Shown: positions 9,444-20,000 of the stretch, piece after piece
How the letters are laid out: every line of letters begins with the position of its first letter
Position numbering within the stretch: position 1 is the stretch's first letter
Assembly (NCBI GenBank): GCA_051942205.1
Contig: JAVECO010000049.1
Span: forward strand, 110,764-130,763
From: Coniocarpon cinnabarinum
Lineage: Eukaryota
Direction: 5' to 3'
DNA: 20,000 nt
Notes under the pieces: generated by a model
Told to the model about the DNA's origin: nothing
Seen by the model: the letters and a program-made list of their open reading frames with translations, nothing else
The model's database searches: none
Made by a program: the position numbers and the translations under genes

Positions 9444-10429
9444 TCCCGAGTCAACACAACGCGCATCATTAGCTACGAGAGTCCTCGCAAAGCGTTGCCA
9501 AGCACACGGTCAGCGGAGGTATGGCTCCAAGAAGCCTGGACCCAGATACACACCGCCTTGGACTTCCAGTAAAGGTGGATGGAATTGGTCTTCTCGACAA
9601 CATTCCTACCTCCCTGGTTTTCATTCCAAAGGCTCTGAGCAAGACTGAGACAAATGAATGTACGACCGGTCTTAGTCAAGCCCTTCCTATCGCTGAGAAG
9701 AAAGCGCTCCGGCTTAATTGCGATCTCAATGTACTCTTCGCCGAGCGGACGATTACCATAGCCTCATGAGGAGGGAGGAACAGTTACAACATTCGAGATG
9801 TTGTGATCGCGGCGATAGTATACGGAGAACAAGGGTCACAAAAGTCTCCAGAGACTCAATCCCGAAATTTTGTTGTTGCAAGACTTTGGAGTTTGATTGT
9901 GAATGCAAGTCGATCATAAATTCAAGCAGTGAAATGCTGTTGGCGTGAGCATAACGTGTGCGAACCTGGGTACACGCTCTATTGTAGCATCTTGATTTGC
10001 AAAGCACATCCAGAAATGTAAAGATGTTGATGTTGTCCATGAAGATGGCTGGATTTACAAGCCGTCCTGCGCTGTTCGAGAGCCCTGCCCTCATAATGAC
10101 TTGGCAAACCACGTGACCTAAAAGTCATCATCACTGCTTCTAAGTAACCTTAACTCTACTCTCCACAATTTCACGGGTATCGAGGGTACAGGGCTAGCAA
10201 GATGTTTTTTTTGGTGTCGATATTCTTCGCAAGCCAGACCTGGTTTTGTAGGCCTTTTATGCTTTCCATCAAAGCCCAAAGAGCCGTGCCCAAATGGCTT
10301 CAGCTTCATGGTCGGTGACCTTTGCTGGATTGGCAGAATGTGCCTCAGGTTGTCAAGAGAGCTGGCCCTACAAGTGATGGGTTTGCTAGATATCCCCTCG
10401 AACTTGGACGGTTGTATTCCAGCACTCGT

Positions 10430-12302
<1,873 letters not shown>

Positions 12303-13259
12303 CACGCGTATGCAATCTTGACAATCAATGCACTAAGTATCAGGCTAAGCATTTCACCCACATGCTACACAGATAGCTTCAGCAGCGACGACCATATAGA
12401 GAAAGCTATGCGTATTCGCATCCATAGCAAAGAAGATAATCTGGCGTAAGCTGATCGCAGCCAGGGAAACTTACAAGCAGGGCAAGCAATTACAGCAAAG
12501 TAAGCACTGTGTACCCCACCCAGTTTCCATCACAGCCAAGCAAGGTATCGACGCTCACGGAGTCTTGGCCTAAGGGCCAAAGGGGGGCAATTTATACGGG
12601 TTGATGTTGAAGAGGTTGATTACGCTCGAACAAACTTCTAGCAGTCAAAACACATCCGTGACGAGACTGTCAGTATGGCGGTGGACATGAAGCTTGCTTC
12701 CACTGGCTTAATGGCATGTGCAGTGTCGTGACTACCTCCTGTGCTGTTGGCCAAATTATCACTGTACTAGTACCGCGGCGACTCGTTCCAGGAGATTTGA
12801 CTAGAGCGCCACTTTCCAATGTGCCTCTTTGCGTACCTAACAATAGTAAAAGATTATTCAAATATGATGTACAAGTCACTGAGCATAGCGGCTGGGTATC
12901 TCCGTCGAATATGGACTAAGCCGAATCTGTAGCTAGCGTTTACGGGCTTCAGGGTGACGATGCACGTGCCATGCTCGACGATGGTGGGTAGATAGGTAAA
13001 CGGCCAGCTCGCCCAACCAGCTTCCCAAAAAATTGTTTGACGACGACCCTAGCGGTCTCAAGGTCTAATTGACAGCCAACGAGAATTCCTCGGCTGTGCA
13101 TTTAAGACCTTGCATCTGAAATGGACTTGACAATACATTGCTGCAAGGCGGCGAGGCTGCAGACGGTGGTGGCTGAGCCCGCAATGGCTCGATGGCTGCA
13201 AAGACTACCTTGATTATGACATTGTCAGCATCTTCTACAGTCTTGTTCAATTTGAAGAG

Positions 13260-15175
13260 ATGACATTGTCGTGGCACATGGCAGATGCTATACAGATTCC
13301 GCCGAAAGCCAGACTTGCTCGTACAACAACGAGCTTTCCGGCACCCGAGGCATCACTGCAACATCTGAGTGACGGGCGCTCGAACTCAGATCATTTTTCG
13401 ACACAAGCTGCAGAGCAATCAAATATCGACAGCGCGCTGCCTAATGCGCCTGAAGAGGGTGTCGAAGACGCTGGCATTGTGAAGACGTACCACCCAGTCC
13501 GAAAGATTTCTGTGAGCAAAGTCAAACTGGAACAGCCTTCACTCGACTATCATACAAAATGGATCGAAACGTTCCTACGCCTTAGCAACGATCAGGCACT
13601 GCCAAGCAATGTCTACCTCCTTTGTGCAAGAGATGCTGGTCAAGATCTGGAGATGATAAAGATGGATTTGTCAGGTCTAGAGACACAACAGGAGCTCGCA
13701 AGATCCGTCAAGTCATTTCTTTCTACATTGAAGCTCAAGGCTCTGATCGTTTGCCACCCAGAGAGCTGTGGTATTGGTCGAGCTGTGCTCGAGTACCTTC
13801 GACATACTTTCAGTGTCGATACAGCCTTTCTACGACAGCATCTCTTTCACGAAGGCATTGTGGACGAGGAGTCTTGCAATACTCAGCTTAGAGAATGGTG
13901 CCGACAGTTCATCGATGTTCATTCTTGGCCGACGTACCAAAATATCACAGAGGATGTCGCGTTACCTTCTGACTTGTCTAGCAAGCGCCTTCATCTGAAT
14001 TTTGAGTTCCATCGTATGTCGCTTTGTTTATGTCGCGGACTAAGTAGGTGTCACTCACTATGTTTGCGCTGCACATACTAATGATGTTAGGCGTCACTTT
14101 GCTGCGGTCGAACGTCAGCAACTACGACGGTGAACATCCGACTTTTGAGGACTGCTTCATTCACGAGCTTTTTCGAAATCCCTTGCAAAATCAGAATCAT
14201 CAACATCTATATCTTATCGCAGCATGGGGACGTTTGGTGCTTCGCGAACATCAGTGGAATTTCTTTACTACATTTGGTGATCTTAGTGTCATGAACATGT
14301 CACAATTTGCTGGGAAGAGTCCAGACATCCTAGAGCATGCCCAAACAGTGTTACTCCGCAGAGAAGAAATAATTCACTTGCAGCGTAAGATTAATAACTT
14401 TCTCGGCCTCTACAGCCGGAGTGTCAGGAAAGATGAACCGCTGAAAACCTTTTTCCACGATATCGACGATCAACAGCAATCATTTTTGAGTGCTCGACGT
14501 ATTTTTGACGCCTATCAAGCTCAGAGCCAACAAAACCATACAAGTGACTTAGTAAGCAGGCAACTGAAAGAAACTCAAAAGTCAATACAGTCGGCCATTA
14601 GTGTCCAGAGACTTAGCAGACTCGGTTTCGTATACATTCCCCTCAACTTTGTCTGCGCGATGCTCAGTATGAACATGGCTGCCTTTGGCCAAGGCACGCT
14701 TTCGATGTGGCTATTCTTCTTGCTAGGGCTTCTTTTCATTGCGTTGACGACCATGCCGCTCTTGTTCGCGACGGAGCTTGAAAGACTCAATTATGAAACC
14801 GCTCGCATCGGACTACAAATTGCCTGGCGCTCACCCGTGGCGGCTTTCTGGTACGTTTGTTTCTGTGCAACACATGACCCAAGACATTCCGCAGAGCTGT
14901 ACCAAGCAGGCTTGTCTCAGGGTCTTCGAGGGTCAACTGGCAGAGTAAATGATTGGATTAGAGGGCGTAAACCAGGGGATGAGCGAGCTGATTGTTACTG
15001 TTATGGCTGGCCAGCTGTTGGCAAGGGCCGTTCCAGCGGACTGTTCTGGGGTAAGAGGCTCCAACACATCTTCCGACTCCTGGATACCCCAAATTGGGAG
15101 AAACACTCATTCGTTCATCATGCATTTAGTAGTGAGCGAGTAAGGGAAGGACACACCCGGGCTTTCGGAGTGTAG
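13260..15175 (+). CDS. Fungal CorA-like-domain membrane protein, about 622 aa; exons 13260-14043 and 14091-15175
   Basis: A 47-nt intron 14044-14090 (GTAGGT..ACTAAT..TAG) joins two ORFs in frame. A helical stalk (ETQKSIQSAISVQRLSRLGFVYIPLNFVCAMLSMNM) is followed by a second TM segment (MWLFFLLGLLFIALTTMPLL), the CorA-type two-TM layout. Start could be 13278. Confidence 0.7.
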
Positions 15176-16452
15176 CACCTGATATACGCTCGCTACAAGA
15201 GTCACAACCATCTGCGACTTGACAATCAGTTGCCTGGGGATTGGGCTATAGCGTGGGTTGTGTCGTGCTTGTCGAACCAGATTTGATCTTGTGTATATGT
15301 TCTTCGGAGTAGGTGACTCCATCCATTGTGGCGCTAGACTTTCCACTGCGAGTCAGTCGCATCGAAGTCGGTGGGTGATCTGTGGACATCCAACCGGACT
15401 CCGGAGAGCACAATGACTGAACTGACGACTGACCCGTCATCTTCACACCACGAGTTCCCGACAGCGTTGTGTGCGCCGATGAAGGGCGAGTAAACCGAAC
15501 ATAGTACAAGGGCCTCTGACAAGATCAATTCGGCGATGGCCAGTGCCTAAGTATGTGTGGAAGCCGCAGCATTCCGAACGCGTCCTACATTTGTTTCACG
15601 GTCTCGTCAGTTATACGAGATCAAAAATGAGCTTTTTGCAGGATGAAAGCATTTGCAATAGCCCTCGAACGATCCGTACGCGTCTTCGCAGTGGTCTTGA
15701 AGTTGAAGTATCCCCTACCGCATGAAGCTTGTCTTGTCTCATTCGTCATGCTGAAACATGCTCTCCAGATCCTGTCCACGTGTAGACCAGTGCAGGCAGA
15801 GATATTCACATGGACGCAGCAACTACCCCTTGTCATCTTGTACGGACCGCAAAGTGCAGTGCGAGCAGCTCGACTGAGTAGTCCGGCTCGAGGTTAGTGC
15901 TTAGCATATTTGATGCTCGAGGCGTGGGAGGACAAGGGTGAAGGGTAGTTGAAACAGGCACGACAGGCAGGGGACCCTGGCGCGGCAAGGGGACAGTGCG
16001 CTAAGAGGTCCGATCACATTTCAGCCCCCAGCTAGTCCGCATTCGGCGGAATCTGGAAGCTTGTCACATCGGGACTTGCTCCTAGCCGCGTACTCGATAT
16101 GCACTCCTGGCAGATCCCTCACCTCCACGCCCACCTTTTAGCGTGGCAGACCTCTCCTCAGCTTCTTCGACAGCCACTCCTCATTCCTTTTCTCTCCACC
16201 TCTCGCTCTTCACGCTCATTGCACACCAGTCACTCGTTTGTTGTTCCACGGCGTGCTGTGCCCTCTTCTCAGCCGGGCTGTGTACGTGGTTATCCGTACC
16301 CAACCTTGCGGCACGGGGCCATCCTCCGTCCCTGAACCGAACCTGCGCGAATAATAGTAGACTTCGGCCTGGTGCTGAGACACGCCTTCCGCCCTGATCG
16401 GGCTTTCGCGACTGAGCCTGACGGCCAATCCACGTCTTCCAAATTTACGCAC

Positions 16453-19261
16453 ATGGCTTTCCGAAACAGTCCCGTCCCAGCTCATCAGAAACGTTTTTCT
16501 CGTGATGGTTTTGAGCGTCTTCATCCTGGTGACAGCACCAACAACATCCCCATGAATCGTGTACCCTCTCCTGCTCGATCCTACCAGTCTCCCTCCACCA
16601 CCAACGAGAAGCAAGCTCTGTACGGCCCACCTGCTGGAGGGAACGGGTTCCGGCGTAGCATCAAGCCGGGCATGTCAGCTCAGGGTGCTGGCAAGTCGAG
16701 CGGAGCTCGGCTGGATGATGAAGAGTTGATTACAACGAGGGTCGGCCGATTCTATCAAAAGTTCTTTGGAGCGTCCGTCTTCTTGAGATACTTGGTCTAT
16801 GTTGTGCCGTTGGGTATCGTCCTTGCAGCGCCGATCGTCGTCTGCACTTTCACAGCGAAGAACTCGAAAATCGGCGGTGTACCCACCAGGTGGTTCTTTG
16901 CATGGCTCTTGGTCGCCTGGTGCGGCCTGTGGATATCGAAAACCATCGCCCATTGTCTTCCTCACATTTTTCAGGCACTGGCTGGCGTGGTCAGTCCTGG
17001 GGTTCGAAAATACGAAACAGTCCTTAGGTCCTTAGAGATTCCCATATCTCTTGTGGGGTGGGCACTCATATCGCTTGCAACATTTCGACCGATCGTTTCT
17101 GATCTGGAAGGCGACCCTTCTTCCACGCCAGATCCAAATAACAAAGGTCACTTATTGGGGGCACCGAAATGGGTCGACATCGTAGAACGCATTCTAGCAG
17201 CTCTTCTAATATGCACCATAATCTACCTTATACAACGGATTTTCATAACGATGGTCTCTATCAACTATCATCGCAAGCAATTCAACGCGAGAATCAGAGA
17301 CTCAAAGCACAACATATTCCTCCTGAGCCTGCTTTATGACGCAAGCCGAGCAATGTTTCCAGCGTTTTGCGAAGAGTTTGCCGAAGAGGACGCCGTCATT
17401 AGTGATTGCATCAATATTACAAACAGCAAGAAAGGCGGCAAGTCAGGGTCAAATACTCCATTGCAATTTGTACAGGACATGGGCAAAATGGGAGGCAAAG
17501 TTGGAGAAAAAGTCACACAGGCGATTGGGCATGTTGCGCACGAGATCACTGGCCAAAAGGACACATTTAACCCTGAGTCAGCTCATGGCATTGTCGTGCA
17601 AGCTTTGGAAAAGAACAAGTCGGCCGAAGCACTTGCCCGCAGAATCTGGCTGTCCTTTGTTGTAGAGGGAAATGATGCCCTCTACATGGACGACGTCGTG
17701 GAAGTCCTGGGAGCTGGCCGTCAACCTGAGGCCGAAGCGTGCTTTCACGCCCTTGATCGTGACGGAAACGGTGATGTGTCTCTAGACGAAATGATTCTCA
17801 CGACTGTTGAGTTTGGCCGTGAGCGTCATGCCATCTCGAACTCAATGCAAGATGTCGACCAGGCCATCAAGGTTCTCGATCACTTGCTGTTTGGCATCGT
17901 CTTACTGGCCTGTATTCTCGTCATGGTCTCATTTCTGGTGTCCTCCGTAAGTTATCGTCTCTGTTCAGCCATTCTAGATCGATCTGCTAACTTAGACTTC
18001 CTAGTTCTACACAACACTTGCGACGACGGGTACTGCATTATTATCTCTTTCCTTCGTCTTCTCGACCACCGCTCAGGAGCTGCTTGGTTCATGCATCTTC
18101 TTATTTGTCAAGCACCCTTATGACATAGGTCAGTCCTCGAGCGTGACCTTCGACTTAGCCCCAGAAGCGAATGCTAACAGCAAGCGTACAGGTGATCGTG
18201 TCGAGATTTCCGATGAAGCACTCGTTGTCGAACACATATCTCTACTTTTCTCCATCTTTCGCAAGATAAATACCAACCAGCTCGTGCAAGTGCCGCATAT
18301 CGTCCTAAATACACTATGGATCAACAACGTCACGCGTTCGAAAGCCATGCGCGAACAGCTGACGATCAATATCGATTTTGCCACAACCTTCGAAGACATC
18401 CAACTATTGCGCTCTGAAATGACCAAATTCGTCCTCGACTCCGCCAACTCGAGGGATTTCTACCCCGACCTCGACATTCAAGTTACCGCCATTGGCAGCA
18501 TGGACAAGATGGAGCTCAAGGTCGACGTGATGCACAAGTCGAACTGGTCTAACGAGGCCGTCCGCGCATCTCGACGTAGCAAGTTCATGTGCGCCCTCGT
18601 CCTCGCTCTTCGACGTATACCCATCAACCCGCCCGGCGGCGCTGGTGCGAGCCTAGGTGAAGCCGCCAACCCAAGCTACTCCGTAGCGATCTCACCCTCC
18701 GACGCCGACAGAAACAAAGCCGATGCCACCGCGGCGACCGAAGCCGCTCGCCTGGTCCCCAAGAAAGATGCACAGCGCGATACCGCACAGTCCGAAATGA
18801 AAGCCGCCTCCGCCCTCACCGAGCGCTCCAACATCGCCATGGATAAATCTCGAGACCACGCCGACGACCTGAAAGACCTTCATAAACAGGAAAACCCCGA
18901 ACTAGAGGAGGTCAAGAGCCTCCTGAAGAAGGAATCGACAAAGGGCCGCCGCAAGAGCGCGCATAACCCGCATCGCAGTCTCCAGAGTTATCCCAGTACG
19001 AAGAGTACGCGGAGTGTGTCCCAGCAGCCGCCCAAACCGGTCGACAAGGATAAGGAGGTGCCGCCTACGCCGACCGTGCAGGTTGCAGCGCCGACGATAT
19101 CGAGTCGAGATGGGAGTCGTGCGAGGGATCGCGGCGAGGATAGCGACGTTGAGTTGTCCGCTTTGCCGATTATGGGACAAGGTCAGTCGCCGCTGAGTGC
19201 TTCGCCGCGGGGACCGCCGCCGGCTGCCAGTCCCCGGAGTGCTTTACCCAGGGAGAGGTAG
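16453..19261 (+). CDS. MscS-like mechanosensitive ion channel with EF-hand (Msy1/Msy2-type), about 895 aa; exons 16453-17946, 18005-18128, 18192-19261
   Basis: Multiple TM helices, SINYHRKQF, EALARRIWLSF, EF-hand loop DRDGNGDVSLDE, spliced [45 protein letters not shown] and HKSNWSNE...RRSKFMCALV. Canonical introns 17947-18004 and 18129-18191. Confidence 0.92.
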
Positions 19262-20000
19262 TTGTTTCCTTGGGATAAGAACTCTGTTCACAACAAATTG
19301 CGTTTCAGCGAAGAATAGAAAGCATATGAGAGATGTCAAAAGTTTGGAGTGGTTTCTGTCGCTCGTTTTGTTTGCGAAGGGGAGGCGGCCAGGAGGAAGC
19401 CTTGTCATTCGTTTTCAGTTTGGTCTGATACCTTTATGGCTCTACGCCGAGATGTTGGGGATGTAAAATGGATATGTCCATCAATGGATATTGTATATGT
19501 AAAACAGATTTGGAATATCAGCGAACATCGATCATTTGAAAGATTACGGCCATTTCTTCGTGCCTGACGTCTTTTCTCTTTTCGAAAGGAACTTTTGCTG
19601 GGCGAGATCTTTGTTCAGTCGACTAAGTCTGTGCGTGTTGTGATATCCCTTTTTTTCGCTTTTTCGAAATCGTCGTCTGCCTCGTGATACGGGGTGGCCA
19701 TGGTTATTGATACGCCGACGAACACCATTGCATCACACCAAAACTAAATCCATCCGCATGGATCTCATTAGATAAACAGAGCAGCGAACTCTACTATCCA
19801 CCCCTAACTAAACCAATTTCAGTCCCGTTCCATACCATCCTACCCCAGCCTCCTACGCCACGCCACGCCATACATCTCGCTAATCCTTGTCCGCCATATC
19901 CCATATCTATCCCGTTTCAATCAAGCCTCCATCAAACATTCACTCAACGACCCCTCTGAAACCGCTGCGCCGCCCATCGCGTAACCCCCACCTCCACCCC

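Noticed and set aside
9473..10309. Short ORFs downstream of IES6
   Set aside because: No family features, no consistent strand and no supporting splice pattern.
12670..13277. Short ORFs between the esterase and the CorA-like gene
   Set aside because: Under 75 aa with no recognisable motif; probably divergent promoter sequence.
16099..16452. ATG-started 78-aa ORF and extended N-terminus upstream of the MscS gene
   Set aside because: It overlaps a CT-rich promoter/5'UTR tract. Without a TSS it cannot be called a uORF, and the 16372 start is not ATG.
19740..20000. Strongly C/A-rich, G-poor stretch with one CCCTAA
   Set aside because: Not a tandem telomeric or simple repeat; it resembles the strand skew seen at other gene ends here, so it is likely the flank of the next gene.

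Overview
Gene-dense eukaryotic DNA from a filamentous ascomycete (Pezizomycotina-type): short GT-AG introns with CTAAC/CTGAC branch sites. Genes from left to right: a secreted pepsin-family aspartic protease (minus, runs off the left edge); a Pex23/Pex30-family peroxin; a C-terminally shortened ribosomal protein eL13 gene; a tight ARP5 <- DAD4 <- | -> IES6 cluster; a type-B carboxylesterase with defective-looking splice sites; a fungal CorA-like-domain membrane protein; and an EF-hand MscS-like channel. Two things stand out. First, DAD4 ends only 33 nt before the ARP5 start codon and faces IES6 (Arp5's INO80 partner) across a 264-bp promoter with clustered ACGCG cores, suggesting a bidirectional, possibly bicistronic unit. 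Second, the eL13 is only 141 aa and lacks the usual C-terminal third. Family calls come from motif recognition and manual splicing, not database searches. No tRNA, rRNA, CRISPR or transposon was recognised.
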